Source of the DNA: the human T2T-CHM13v2.0 reference genome, Homo sapiens
DNA: 64,000 nt
Direction: 5' to 3' (one strand)
Assembly: GCF_009914755.1 (NCBI RefSeq)
Contig: NC_060925.1
Under the pieces are notes generated by a model, which worked only from the letters and a program-made list of their open reading frames with translations, was not told where the DNA came from and searched no databases. A program made the translations under genes and the position numbers. This document shows positions 13,119-27,480 of the stretch, one piece after another; within the stretch, counting starts at the first letter, position 1, and every line of letters starts with the position of its first letter.

Positions 13119-14274
13119 ATAAGAAACATGTTTTTTGGTAAAAGTAAATTGAAAGGGTTTAGGTGGAGCTGTTTGCTTACCAAATTTTTTTTATTTTACT
13201 CATCATAATGTCTTGATCTATTTACCTAGGTGAGATCTCAAATTATCAACTTTTAAATTTCCCCTTAACCAAGCATAGTATCATGTATGGAATATTTAGG
13301 GGTGAAATGGATACAGAATGGTCCGTCATGAAAACTTCAGAAATTTGTTTAAAGTTCATGGAATGGCAGCCACAGCATACAGTTTTAAATTTATGATAGC
13401 CTTATAAATGTAAGGCATAGAAAAATGTAATATGAATTGAAAGATTGTTTTATTTCCTAGGATTCCTTTAAGGAGTTTAAGGAGTTATTTCCTTTAAGGA
13501 ATTGGGAAGATAAATCAATGTGAGAAATGAGTTGGCGAATCACCATAGAATCCAATTAAAATTCTGATGTGAGTTCAGCAGCTTGTAGATTGTGCCAGAC
13601 CTTCTTAATGGAAAATTATTCTCAACCACTAGGGTTGGGATGTAATTTATTTCTATTCAACAAGTATGTGTTGAGAATCTACAATGTGAATGTCACAGCG
13701 TGTTTTCTAAGATCAAAGGGCTTACATCCTAAGAACAGTCAGTTATCCAGTAACTTTGATTTAAGAAGGTTAGCCAAGAGTTGCATTTCAGTAATACATA
13801 AAATTAACATCACATATACCTAAATAACTGTCATGTACAATTCATAGAGCATAGTTCCCACCACCAATTTACCAAGATGAGGTTATTTCCTGAATGAAAA
13901 CCAAATGCATGGCAAAAATATAGAATTTAGGAAAAGGAAAAAATATGATTAGTAAGGCAAAAATCTTCTGAAACACACCTATTGCTATCCAAAAACCTTT
14001 CCAAGTATTTGAAGGAGAAAAATACACCTACATGAATATTTCGTTAGAAACTCCTGAAACCACGGTAGCAGAAAATAAGGAAACCAGACTTATCTCTTGC
14101 TTTTTGAAGCAACCGTCAATGACACAGTTGCTATTAAGCCACTGATAGCCATCATCTTTTCCCTATAGATGATCTCCTCACACAAGGTCTACCCAGTATT
14201 TACAGGAAACTGCTTGGAGGGATAGAAGTTATCATGTGACACAAGGCTTCTGATTTTTTCCTTTTTGGTGTCAG

Positions 14275-14627
14275 ATTGCTGAAAAATCCTCAAGATACAC
14301 ACGGAGTGTACTATGTAGATTACATGGATGAAACTGCCTCTGAAATTGGAGCGAAACCCAACCTCCTCTCACTCTTCCTGTGGGATCCAAAGCTAGCTAT
14401 GGAAGTTTTCTTTGGACCATGCACACCTTACCAGTACTGCCTTCAGAGGCCAGGGAAGTGGGCTGGAGGCCAGGAAGCCATCCTGACCCAGAGAGAGAGA
14501 ATTATCAAGCCCCTGAGGACTCGTATCCTTACTCGTGACCAGCCTTCATTCTCTGTTATTTTGGCTTAAAAGTATCAGTGCAGTCCTTCTCATCTTTGTC
14601 CTCATTTTCATCATTGTTAAAGGATAA
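14275..14627 (+). pseudogene. FMO pseudogene 1 exon 9 coding part
   Basis: gtgtcAG acceptor; LLKNPQD...DYMDE...[15 protein letters not shown]...[11 protein letters not shown]. The hydrophobic tail [23 protein letters not shown] (stop 14625-14627) lies in a shifted frame. Confidence 0.9.
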
Positions 14628-15529
14628 TCCTCCTTTGTGCATTATTACAGTATAGACCAACAATGGTACACAATAATTAAGAGCCCAGCATATGCAAGTG
14701 TTTTTCTCTCAATCCAGACTAGACTAGTGCAGTGAACTGTCCAATAATTCCAAAATTTCCCATGTGCGGATATTTTGGCCAAAATGGAGATTTTGTAAAC
14801 AGAGATTTCAAGTAAAGTGGTTTGTGTAAGAAATTACTTTTGAACTGCACATTTAATTTCTGTAACACGACAAATATTCTGAGTTATTCCAAGTACTCCT
14901 AGGCATCTCTTTATACTAAACACATTTTTTGTTGGCTTCTTGCAATTGGTAAATTCTTGTTTTTGCATCTGAAGCACAGGCTAAGAAAAAGTATCTCTTC
15001 AAATAATCTAGAAAATGTTAACAGTGAAAAATATCACCAGAAACCCTTTCCATGAGGGCCACATTCTATAGAATCATGGATATTGAAGTAACAGGCTATT
15101 TCAGGTATGTTTGAGGTTTTTTTAAGGTACGGAGGGTGGCGTGGAGAGAAAAAGAGGAAATAACAGAAGTCAGGAACTATACATAATTTTGTGTTATTTT
15201 AAAACTATTGAAAATCCATTGAATAAGTCACATAGTAGACATACAAAATTCTATAAACACACTCAGAAGAATAAGAAGCAGATGTGGGTGAAAAGAGTAG
15301 AAGGTATTTGCAACATTTACAAACACTTTAATAATTAATCAAAGAGATGAAGTATTTTAGTCTCTGATTCAATCACTACTAGTGAACCTAGTCCTGATAT
15401 TCTGTATAAGCTTGTTTTTTATCTGAAATATATTACTCTTTCTTTAATTTACTCAAAAAAATATTTATTGAGCATCCACTACATCAGACATTGTGCTGAG
15501 TGCTGGGAATAAACAGGCTCACTGGATAG

Positions 15530-16860
15530 CATCTGATCTTGTGGATTTAGTGCCGTCTGTGTACTGATGATGCCCAATCACAGACCTTTAGCCTTCGACC
15601 TAACTTTAAAAGGCTGAAGTCTAAAGCTTACACTTACATTAACCACGTGTCTATTCAGCATATTCAAACTTAACTAAGCCAAACTCTGGTGGTTTACTCT
15701 AGAGATTGGCTTCCCCATTTCTATAAATGAAAACTTCATCTTTTCAGTCCCAAACCAAAAAGTTTTGAATCTTTTGATTCCTCTCTTTCATACCCCATGC
15801 TCAGTCTATCAACAAATCCTGTCACCTTCAAAATAAATCCAGTATCTCATCACTTGTCACCACCTCCACTGCTACCACCTGAGCCCTTGCCACCATCTTC
15901 TGTCGGTATTACTGCAGTAGTCTCCTCACTGGACTTCTCAATTCCCCCTTAATCTCTGTGGTCTCTTCTCCTTATAGCGGCCAATTGATATTTTTAAAAT
16001 GTAAGCGAGATTATGAAATACTTTGCTTCAAACTGCCAGTGGCTTCCACATCACTCAGAGTAGAAGCCAAACCCTAATAATGACCTACAAGTCCTTCCTG
16101 ATCTGCTTCCCCACTGCTCTTCTGACCTCATCTACCACTACTCTTTTCCATGTTCACTCCTTGAACAAGCCAAACCCACTCCCACTTCATGACCATTGCA
16201 CTTGCCATGCCCCTTTCCAGGAAAATGCTTCCCCCAGAGGGTCCACAATGCACACTCCCTCACATCCTTCAGATGTTTGCTCAAATGTCATCTTGGGGCT
16301 GGGTGTGGTGGCTCACATCTGTAATCTCAGTACTTTGGGAGGCTGAGGCAGGAAGATCACTTGAGGCCAGAAGTTCGAGACCAGCCTGGCCAACAGGTTT
16401 GGTTTAGTAGAAACTCTGTCTCTACTTAAAAAAAAAAATAGGCATGGTGGCCCATGCCTGTAATCCTAGCTACTCAATAGGCTGAGGCACGAGAATCAAG
16501 AATTGCCTGAGCCCTGGACTCAGAGGTTGCAGTGAGCCAAGATAGCGCCATTGCACTCCAACCTGTGAAACAGAGCAAGACTGTCTCAAAAAAAAAAAAA
16601 AAGTCACCTTGTCTGTCAGGTCTTTCATGACTGCTCTGCGTAAGACAGCATGCCTCAAAACAGTCACTTCCTATCCTCCTTATACTGCATTATTTTGCTT
16701 CCTGTCATAATACATAACAACTATTACTCTGTTATTTATTTGTTTTTCTGTCTCCTCTTCAAAGTGACGAAAAGGACAGGGATCTTCACTGTTTTGTCTG
16801 GAACAGTTCCTGCCACAAACTGGTCCTTAAAAAATGTTTGTTGAAGAAATGAACAAGTAG
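15530..16860. mobile_element. L2 relic interrupted by an Alu
   Basis: Pyrimidine-rich L2-like sequence ending aaatgtttgttgaagaaatgaa. Confidence 0.55.
16297..16602 (+). mobile_element. Alu SINE
   Basis: ggctgggtgtggtggctcac... dimer with A-rich linker and poly(A); approximate TSD aatgtcatcttg / aaagtcaccttg. Confidence 0.95.
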
Positions 16861-17785
16861 ATATTATCCCCGTCTTTGAAGAACTCACAATGAGAAATAA
16901 TAGGCATGTAAACAGATAATTAACAATTTAGCATTGGTGCCTCAGTCTGTAACCAAAATATGAACAAAATGCTGTTGGAACTCAGAGGATAGAGCAAAGA
17001 ACTCAATGAAGGGAAATCAGGAAGGATTTGCAGAGAAGAGGAAAGTTGATTTAGATCACAAGAAGATGTTTAGGAGCTTTTTCCAGCAAAAGAGAAGGGC
17101 ATCAAATATGCAGTGTGTGTGTGCGAGTAGATCAGCCTGCATGCCAGAATGTGGGACTGGGTGAGGAAGATGAACCTGAAGAGGTAGTCTGGGGACATAA
17201 TTGGGAGACCCTCTGCTCACCACACTGATTCTTATTCCTTTGTTTCATCTGAGTCAGAATCACAGCCTCCCGACCCCCGACTTCTCTCCCCTGTGCCCTG
17301 GTCCTGGTCTCCCTGCATCCAGCCTCTCTTGTCACCTCACACCATCTCCCAAACTGCCACCAGAGTTGACTTTCTAAAAATCCAATCTGGTCACATCATT
17401 CCTGTGCTTAAAACCTTAATTTTACTCTTTGTGGTCTGTGGAACTGTACTCAAACTCCTTACCTTGCTTGCACTTAAAGTCTCTTTTTATAGGTTGAAAA
17501 TGAAGCAAGAATTTCCACTTTTATTTAAGCTTTCTTTACTTTATTAATCCAGAAAGGTGATGTTGGAACTCAAATTTGAATGTGATACATATTTCAATTG
17601 CCTCCACCTCGAACCTCTCTCAGTAGATGAGACTTCCAAGGAGACACGTCTTTACCATGTCTCCTCTTTTCCCACATTGCTACAGACATAATCACATAAG
17701 GGTAATTACAAGCAAAAAGGAGAATTTTGTTTTGTTTTTTTCATAGTTTTGGTCTGACCTCTCACTGACAAATAATCCTCTCCAA

Positions 17786-17972
17786 CAATGGTTCTTAAAT
17801 TTAACATGCATCATAGTCCCCTAGAGTGCTTTTTAAAATACAGATTGCGGCACTTTACCCCCAAAGATCATGATTAGACAGATCTGGGGTAAGGACAAAG
17901 AATTTCCATTTCTACAAATTGTAAGATGCTGCCGCTACTGTTGCTGCTATCTGAGGACCACACTTTGAGAGC
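17786..17972. mobile_element. MER5A-like hAT DNA transposon relic
   Basis: caatggttcttaaa ... ggaccacactttgagagca terminal motifs, ~190 bp. Confidence 0.65.
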
Positions 17973-19337
17973 AATCTCATGGGCAATGTAGAGATGGTAG
18001 ATACCAGACCTTCAGGACCCTGAGACAACCAGGTCAGCACCCTCTTTAGGTGAGGCAAAGACCTAGAGAGAGATTCTTCCTTGGTCACAGCCAGTTCTGC
18101 CTGAGGCTGGCCCTGCGCTGGGTAAAAAAACACCTACTCTAACAGCTTCTATACACACAACACCTAGCTCACACCAGTGGATATTCACAATAAATACTTA
18201 TGCCCAAATAATCAAGTTCCACTGAACCCAAATATGCTGGAGGAGTTCAGTGTAAATGCAAAGCATTTTCTGAACATGTCTCTTACCATATGCTTATCCT
18301 AAATCTTTGATGGTTTCTATTTGAAAGAAACAATCATTGCATGTGTGTTATAATTTTTGACATCAGATAATACTCTGTACAAAATCTTTCAGAGGTCAGA
18401 AAGTTTTAATATCCTTTTATACTCAGGAAATGAAACAGATATGTTAAGCTGTCTAGCCTACAGCTGCACACTGAATCACTAGGCATGGAGATTAAAATCC
18501 AGGAACTCTTAAGGGTTATATCTTGTGCCTGAAACAACACAGTTGCCCAGTCACAGTCCCTTCAATTTTCTTGAAAAATTACCAAGAGAAATGAAGAAAA
18601 TTAAGAGCTTGAGAATAGAGAAATTGTAAGAATGGAATTGTTCTCTGAAACCATGTAAACATAGAAATGTCTAACAATTATTTCATTTCCAAGTACAATA
18701 CAAAACACAAAGGCCAATGTCATCTTCTGAAGAATAAGTTATATAATAATGATGGGATTTAAAAATACTAATAGAAACCTGGAGTTAAAATCTCAAACTA
18801 TCTTAACACAAGTTGAGATGAAGAGAGACTAACTCATGCTATTAATAAATTCTCCAATTTAAAAGGGGGTACTTGAAACATATCATTCACTTGTGACTAC
18901 ACTGTGGTAATTCTGAGACACCACTGGGAGTGAGGAGTGCTTCTGAGTTGGCCCTGATTCCACTTTCTGCAAATTTGGTGTACTCTGTGTTCCACCACTT
19001 GGGCAGTTCTGCATTTTCAGTTATCTTTCTTGGTCACACCTGAAATGGGTCTTAGGGACTCTGCTCTCCTCGGTGACTAAGCAGTTTTTCCTGTGTACAG
19101 TCTATCTTCACAGATGTTTGGCAGTCCAATGTCATTTTTAATCTCAAACAATTACAATCTATTTTAGTTTAGGCAGATGGCTTTTTTGTCAGTACAACTC
19201 TGTCACAACTTCAGCTTCTTATCTGTTTGGTTCCAGACTACTCCAAGTACCAATAGCCATAGCCACTGCCCTCTCTTTACATGCTTCCTATAGTTACTGC
19301 ATTTCTTTGGCTTCTCACAACTATGCTTCTCCACCTT

Positions 19338-19338
<1 letters not shown>

Positions 19339-19369
<31 letters not shown>
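19339..19369. repeat. (CA)n microsatellite
   Basis: Direct observation. Confidence 0.95.
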
Positions 19370-19370
<1 letters not shown>

Positions 19371-19849
19371 CCCTACCTCTTGTTTTTCTACTTCTGTCCC
19401 TGAATCCTGCCTTGAATCAATTGCATGTTCTTTGGCCTTGTCAGATATTAATGGGAGAGAACACCTTGAGTTATTTTGCTCAACCAAAAGGATTTCCTGG
19501 CATCACTGCCTTGGCTAGACCTTGGCACCTTAGTCTACTCCAAGGCTTTAACAATGAGTAGGTTGGCTGTACCCTTAATTTAATTCTGTTCCTAAGGCTA
19601 AATTTTAATCAACCATTGCCACTCAAAGGTCTTCCCAGTTTCATATTTTACTTATTGGGTTCAGAAGCCATTGCCTCTTCCAATCCTATAAGCCCACAAA
19701 GTTTTAGATTCTCTTTATTTCTTTTGTTCTTGCTTGCAAACTGGCCAACTCTCATCTGTGCTTATTTCTTTCTTATAGTATTGAACCAACTAACAGCAAC
19801 CAACATACACTGCTCACATTGTTTTCCAACCTCTTTCTCTAGAGTCTAG

Positions 19850-20115
19850 AGCAAGGGTTAGCAAACTTTGTGTGCAAAGGTTGAGATAGCGAATATTTTT
19901 GTTTTGTGGGTTATATAGTCGTGCAGCAACTACTCAACTCTGCCAATGTAGCACAAAAGCAGCCATAGACCGTGGTTTGTTTTTAACAAACATGGCTGGG
20001 TTCCAGCACAACCTTATTTATGAGCACTGTAATTTGAATTTCATATAATTTGTTCATGTCATGAAATAACATTATTTTGATTTTTTTAAGCATTAACAAA
20101 TTTAAAAATCATTCT
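19850..20115. mobile_element. MER58-like hAT relic
   Basis: caagggttagcaaact...actcaactctgcc..tgtagcacaaaagcagccatagac; similar to 25340-25652. Confidence 0.65.
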
Positions 20116-20437
20116 TTGATGCAGAATTCTTTGAACTCCCTGATGACGATGACACAAGCATAGCTTACAGAACACTTCTGAAAACTTCAACCAATAAAAC
20201 CAAAACCAATACATACAACTTTGTAAATGCCAGATAAGAGGTAAGCAAAGAAATCCCTGTTCATTTAGCTAAGGAAAAATATGGATACATTAAAATATGG
20301 AAACTATAAAACACAATGACAGAAATAAAGCCCAAACATCACTTATGAAAATAATTGTAAATGAGTAAAGCTCTCGAATTGGTTGAATACGACAAAGTCT
20401 ATGTAGAAGAAAAAATAAAGTGACACAAATGGTTATA

Positions 20438-20662
20438 CCAGAGATTGGCAAACTATAGCCCACAGACCAAATCCAGCCCAGCCTGTTGCTTGATTCTGTA
20501 AATCAAGTTTTATTGGACCATGGCCATGCCCATTTGTTCACAGATATTTTTGTGGCCATTTTCAACCTATAACAGCAGACTCGAGCAGTTAAGACAAAGA
20601 CTATGTGGCCCACAGAGCTTGAAATATTTATTTGGCTTTTTACAAAAAAAGTTTACTGATCC
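20438..20662. mobile_element. MER58A-like hAT relic
   Basis: cagagattggcaaactatagccc...tggctttttacaaaaaaagtttactgatcc. Confidence 0.65.
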
Positions 20663-21609
20663 GATCCGTAGGTTGGACAATAAAAAATAAACTAAGATAT
20701 GTAACAGAAAGAGGAATTAAATATTTTTAATAAAGTGGACTGAATTGTCAACCTTCATTAAGTGTATAGAAAACTGCTGAGTGTTAAGGGTAAAATGAGC
20801 TCAGAGTAGAAAAACCTACATTTTTCAATTTTATTGTAAGCTGCACTATAAACTCCGCAAGGTACAGACTTAATTTCCCAAATCATAATTCTTTCTTTAC
20901 CAACAATTAAGGTTAAGTATCAGTCTTTCTTTCCATCCAAAGCAATTTTTCAGTGTCTAATTTTCTTCTTTTCAGAGAGTGGTGTTTGAGTGAAACCAGC
21001 AACACAGCTGAAGGCATATGAAAAATTTTAGGAAATTATTTATAGTACACATTTACATCATACATGAGAACTCTTAACAATTTCATTAAGCCAAAATGCT
21101 TTTAATATGATGTTTTCAAAAATAGGCAAATGTACTGTTTCTCTATATTTATTCTTATGTTGGGTTAAACTTTTTAAACTGCAATCCGAAAACATCCCAG
21201 CTCACCTATGTGTAATGTATACTCAGCTCTTTGAATGGCCCGGGGCATTCTATCCCAGTTTGAAAGGAATTCTCCACCTGAGCTGGAGTGGGCTTATTTG
21301 TCAGGAGTCAAGCCACTCCTGCTGTAGAAGAAACCCATGCTTTCAAATCTTCTGAATTATCAAAACAAAGAGCCCATGTCTCCATTACATATCTCTTAAT
21401 TCACTAATTTATTTTGGACCACCTATAAAAGATAATGTATACTTTGATGAGTTCTCCAGGCAATTGATGTCATGAAATAGTGTCTTAATGCAGAATATAC
21501 TATCCCAACACTCCTAGGACAATTTATTTACTTGGAGCAGGCATGGCTGTGCCACATCCCCGTTCTCCCTCCTAATCATTTATCACACAGATAATTATTG
21601 CGTGCCCAC

Positions 21610-21985
21610 TGTATTAGCGTTCTTTGGAGAAAGAGAACCAATAGGAGATACCTAGATAGATATTATATAATATTGTGGGGACTACCAAGTCTTAAATTTG
21701 CAGGTCAGGCTGGCTGGCTGGAGACCCAGAGAAGAATTGATGTTGCAGTCTCGAGTGTGGAGGCAAATGCCTTCCTTCTCAGGTCACTCGGTCTTTTTCC
21801 CTTAAGGTCTTCAACTTATCGGATGAGGCCCACTCATTTTATGAAGAGTTATCTGCTTTATTCAAAGTCACTGATTTAAATGTTAATGACATTTTTAAAA
21901 AATACCTTCACAGCAACATTGAAATTGGTATTTGACCAGAGACACCCCAGCCTAGGCAAATTGACATATAAAATTAACTATGACA
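21610..21985 (-). mobile_element. MLT2-type (ERVL) solo LTR
   Basis: tgtattagcgttct...agaaccaataggaga at one end and ttgacatataaaattaac at the other, matching MLT2 termini in reverse. Confidence 0.65.
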
Positions 21986-24818
21986 CCCAACTCTGTTCCA
22001 GGCACTGAGGATACAGTGGTAGATAAGACTGACAGACCCATAGTCTCAAGTAGCACACACAATACAAGTTCATAGAGCAAAACTGAATTAGTATAAATAC
22101 ACAGAGAAATAATACATGTGCAGACATTAAATGTGGGGAGAGCATAACAACTTGGTGATTGCAGTTAGGCAAACTTGGCCTTGTGGTCAGTCACTGATGG
22201 GGGACAGGTGTGCTCTCCCAGGGCTCAGCTCTTACATCTCCTCCAGGAAGTACATCACCGTAGGACTCAGCAACATTCCCCGTGGGCCATCTTTACTGTG
22301 TGTGCTGCTCATTTGGGCTAGCAAGGGTTGGCTCTCCCACACAGTGTACATGCAGCCTTAGAAGCACGTAGGGGAAAAATGCTCAACAGAGGAGCTTTTA
22401 TGTTCTTTCTGCTTCTACTGACGGTCTTCACTTTTCTCCTACTTTAATCTTTTTGCAGGACTCACTGAGAAAATAGACCAAAATATACACCCCTGTGGAA
22501 GTGTCATTCAATTTAGTTACCAAGACTCGGTTGACATTTCCCTGGTGACAGGCCCAGCAAATTTCAATTTTGCCCTGAGTTGCATATTGTCTATTTTTCT
22601 TCACCGGGGTCAGTCTTAAGACTTTGCATCACTACCAGTCCCTTTTGCAAAACACGTTGGTCCCATTTGACCCAAAAGTGATCTTTGTAATGATATAATC
22701 TCCTCGAGCCCTTCCTGGATATATCATAATATGTTTATGATCTAGAAGGAAATAGGAATGCTATGTTAACCAATAGCTGAACAACTGTTAAGAAATTACT
22801 CAAGTATCAAGAGTAACTGGATACTGGGAATTTTGAGAGAAAGGGTTTGTCAGGATAATCTGATTTTATTGGAACTCTACAAGCTCCGTAGCCGGGAAGA
22901 GGTGACTCACCAAGTGGGGTCAGCTGTTCCGGGCACTTTAAGCCGTGATTTGCTTTCTGTCTTCTATTGTTTCTCCTATAATCATATATTTTCCCTTCTA
23001 ATGTTAAATTACTGGGTTTTAAACCTTATTACATATTGATTTTGCCTACTGTCCCTCAGTTCCAGTCTCTAGTCTCCAACCCCAACCTGGTAACTTCTCT
23101 CTGACCCCTAATGTCTTTCATTGTTTCAATTTTGTTTTTCTTCACCGGGGACCATATCTGACTCACTTAAATACAGTAATTCAACACAAAGAACCCAAGC
23201 TCCTGCTGTTGTCAAATATCTTTCAAGGACAAAACCCCAGTCATTGTACATAAATGAGAAGAAAGAGATATCATTTATAATGAGCTTAAAATATCTGATT
23301 CTGTCTCATACCATACGCTTATCATTACATTAGGCCTACTCTATTTAAGTCATAAAATTGTTTTATGTGCTTAATTCTGTAACATTTCCCTCCTCATATG
23401 ACCATCATCTTAATGTATTTAATTAGCATGACCCTTTGGCACCTTTGTAAATTTGGGCATTGCACATTATTATCCAAGTAACGAAGAAGTCAGGGGAAAA
23501 GTGAACAGAGAGAAATTGCCTAGGAGTCCCTAAAGAAGTTCTCACATCATGTTACAGGTCAGACTATATTATAAAGGAACATGGCTTGCAACTAGCTGCA
23601 GTATTCCGTATACAGAGGTACTTTTAAAAGTTTTAAAAGGATAGATAGGCATTATTGGAATTAAATCCTTAAAAAAAAAACCCTGAAATTATAAGAGCTA
23701 CCTGTGTCCAAGGACCAGGCTACTGAAAGATCTCCCTAGTAGAAAGTTTCAATTTATTTTTTCTCAGCAAGATAAAAAGCACCTATTTAAACTATTAAAT
23801 TAAGGGGATCAAAATTGAAAGAAAGATTCATTGATGGATCATTTCTAATGCTGAGAACATAGCGTTTTAAGTAATTTCTTCCATAATGAAAATTCTTCAA
23901 ACATTGGGATTATATCTTCTGCTTTTTTTCTTTCTTGCAGTTTTCTTTATATTGTTCATTTGTATCTTTCTTTTTATTGACTGATTTCTATCCTTCATGG
24001 TACTTTGTTGCTAGCCCCCCATCAGAAGGCATTCATTAAATAATGAATGAGTGGGTATAAAAACGAGGAGAGACGGTGACTTCAAGGAGTGGAGCAGACC
24101 TTTCCAGCTGGCCTTGAACTAGACACAGATGACCATAGTGATGTTGTCATCATGTGTTTCCATGTTTGCTAATTAGATAAGAATAAGTTCTAAAGAATGT
24201 TCTCACATGCATTGTCCATTGGATTAAAATGAAGGAAGTAATGTTGGTAGTGATCGAGAGCCAGAAGAGTAGCTTAGCTGTTGGTTCAGCTACTGTTGCT
24301 GATATATAATACAGTTGGATGTTGTGGAAAACATTGCTTATTTCTACAGAATCTTATTGAAAAAAAACTGCTGACCTGTGACCAGGGTTCATTTCAGAGG
24401 ATTATGTGCATTATCTGCCAAGGAATTTCCTCAGGCATCCTTACAATTGAGTTTCTGTTTCTGGAAAGTAGATGTACTAAGGATTAGAACATTTTTTCTG
24501 TATTTTCTCCTTTTCCCAGGTACTCAGAGGAACACATAAGCTTTGTAGACCATTAAATTATTTTGCTTTATATAACATAAGTTTGGAGTGAAAAAATGGT
24601 AATAAGTCATAAAGATTAAGAAAATAAATTAACTTACTTGACTGTAGTAATCATTTCACTATGTATATGTACTTCAAAACATGATGTTGTAGGTCTTAAA
24701 TATATTTTTTAAAAAGAAAACAAATTGAATAATAAGGCAGACATACCTCACACCCACCGGTTACACTCTCCATCTCCCTTACTTTTTCTTTTTTTTCACC
24801 TTCCTACATGCTATTTAA

Positions 24819-25159
<341 letters not shown>

Positions 25160-25339
25160 TAAGCTGCAAAAGGGCAGGCCCCTTTGCTTTCATTACTGAT
25201 TGTATTCCAGGTGCCCACAATATCCACTATTTACTCATGTAATCAATTTCACATGGTAATTCTGCAATAAACATAAAGAATTTTTTAATTGGGATTTTTA
25301 TTTTACATAATATATGAGTTCTACAAACTGTGCTCATAA

Positions 25340-25652
25340 CCAAGGGGTGGCAAACTTTTTCTGTAAAGGACCAGGCAATAAGTATTTCAGGCTTTGCAAG
25401 CTGCAAGGTCTCTGTCACAAATATTCAACTCTGCTGTTGTAGTGCAAAAGCAGCCATAGGTGACATGTAAAAATATGAACATTGCTGTGTTCCAATACAA
25501 CTTATCTATAGGTGCTGAAATTAGAATTTCATTTAATTTTCAGTGTCATGAAATATTCTTTCCCCCCCCCCCTCCGCCCCATCTATTTAGAATGTAAAAA
25601 CCATTCTTAGCTTGTGGGCTAGATTTGGCTCATGGGCCATAGTTTGACAACT
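25340..25652. mobile_element. MER58B-like hAT relic
   Basis: caaggggtggcaaactttttctgtaaagg ... catgggccatagtttgacaac. Confidence 0.7.
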
Positions 25653-27168
25653 TCTGATATAAACTATCCTTCACAAACCAAATCATCCTGTAAGTGAAAG
25701 AGGGAGGCTGTAGCAGGAGTTGTTGAGGGTAGGGCATCGTGGAATATGCCTCAGTGCCTCTCCACACTGACCAAACAGGAGAACTTGGCAAATCTGATGA
25801 GTTTACATTATTTTTCACTCCTTAATGGGGAAGTTGAAGGGCTCATAATAGGAATCACAGAAATGTCAACAAGGACATCCTTGTAACTTGTGATTGCATT
25901 ATTAATATTATCATCAATCAAGGATTTCTTGGCAATAATCTTTTTTAAGCCACATGTCCTTCTTGTGAAGTTCAGTTTCGTTGAACTGGAATGATATAAT
26001 CTATAAACCCATAGAACCCAGCTCAGGCAAGCTGCCACAGGCCACAATATGCCGAGAGCAAAAGACCTAGTGAGGGTGCCACAGCCAAGCCCTCCACATC
26101 CCTCGGGGTGACCACAAATGGCCTGTGACCTTTCGACACAGGACCTATGTCAACATTAACCCATGTATTAAATACAGTAAAGCGGAATGCAATTCTTGCA
26201 TTTCAAACAAAAATATGGTAGAAGGGTAATATTTTCTTCCTGCACCTCAATGGCAGGTTTAGTCCCTGACCTCTCTTATAAGATCACTAATCTGGTATAT
26301 GACTAGCTAACAAAGCATAAGTAAAGCCACACCTACATAAAACCAGAGACAATACTCTATTTCAAGCTACAGTAATTATTTAGAACATGCTAGATCTACT
26401 TTCTTGTTTCACCTCCTTCCTCCCTTCCCTGCTTAGCAGTAGCACTGAAGGTGTTACTCACAGAGCAGCTCTTCTCAGGTCCTCAGTTGATCCTGATGGG
26501 GAAGAAGTGCACTAAAGCCTCACTGTCATCAATGGGCGACATTTGGAATGGGTCATTTTTCCATCTGTACTGTGCCAAACTTTAGTCATCTCCATGCTCT
26601 CCTAGCTCCATTCACATCCTTACTTCCCTAAGATCAATGAGATCCCTGCTCTTCTGCAGCATCAGCTTAGCAATATATTTACTCCAGATCCAGACCAATC
26701 TTTACTCCCCTCTTAAGTACTGCTGGAGAAAAACTACATCTATGGGATATTGATACATCTGCAATGCTCCAGTTTCCACCTTCAATGCTGCATGGCAATT
26801 CATGCATTCATTCAATAAATATGTACCAGTGCATACTCCATGCCAGTCCTGCCTACTGGGAATACATCAGCATACAAAATGGACAACTATGGAATTTACA
26901 TTCTAGTAATAAGAGGCCAACATGGAACTGAATAAAATAATAAAATATAGAATATTTTTAAAGCTGACAATGGTATAGGGACAAATAGAGTGAATTAAGG
27001 AGGATCAGAAGTGATAGAGCAGGCAGGATGAGCAGGGAGGCTGCAATTTTAGACAGGGCCCTCATGATGGGACTCACCAGGGATTTTGTATTGTCTCATG
27101 TCAGCTCCCTCTCACATTCCTCTCAGTAGCTCCCTCCAGTCTTCTAGCTTTCCTGAAATCCCACAAAG

Positions 27169-27480
27169 AGCTGGGCATGGTGGTTCATGCCTGTTGTAAT
27201 CCTAGCACTTTTGGAGGCCAAGGCTGGAGGATCACTTCAGCCCAGGAGTTTGAGATCAACCTTGGCAGCATAGCAAGATGCTATCTCTACAAAAAATAAA
27301 TGAAAAATTAGTTGTGCATAGGGGTGCACACTGTAGTCCTAGCTACTCAGAAGGCTGAGGTGGGAGGACTGCTTGAGCCCAGAAGTTTGAGGTTACAGTG
27401 AGCTATGATCATGCCACTGCTCTCCAGCCTGGGTGCCAGAGCCAGACCTTGTCTGTAAAAATAAACAAACAAACAAAAAT
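27169..27480 (+). mobile_element. Alu SINE (AluJ-like)
   Basis: gctgggcatggtggttcatgcctg...gaggttacagtgagctatgatc...(AAAC)n tail. Confidence 0.93.

Larger units (their letters stand above)
90..14627 (+). pseudogene. FMO8P: Unprocessed flavin-containing monooxygenase pseudogene, coding exons 2-9 (probably FMO8P)
   Basis: Eight FMO-like exons in order (coding lengths 135/189/163/143/200/349/73 nt plus the last exon). FMO signature [12 protein letters not shown] is present. Lesions: FAD motif GAEVSG, NADPH motif GFGNSR, TGA at 8561, CG acceptor and frameshift in exon 7, AT donor after exon 8, frameshift in exon 9. The symbol is from recalled locus order, not a search. Confidence 0.85.
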
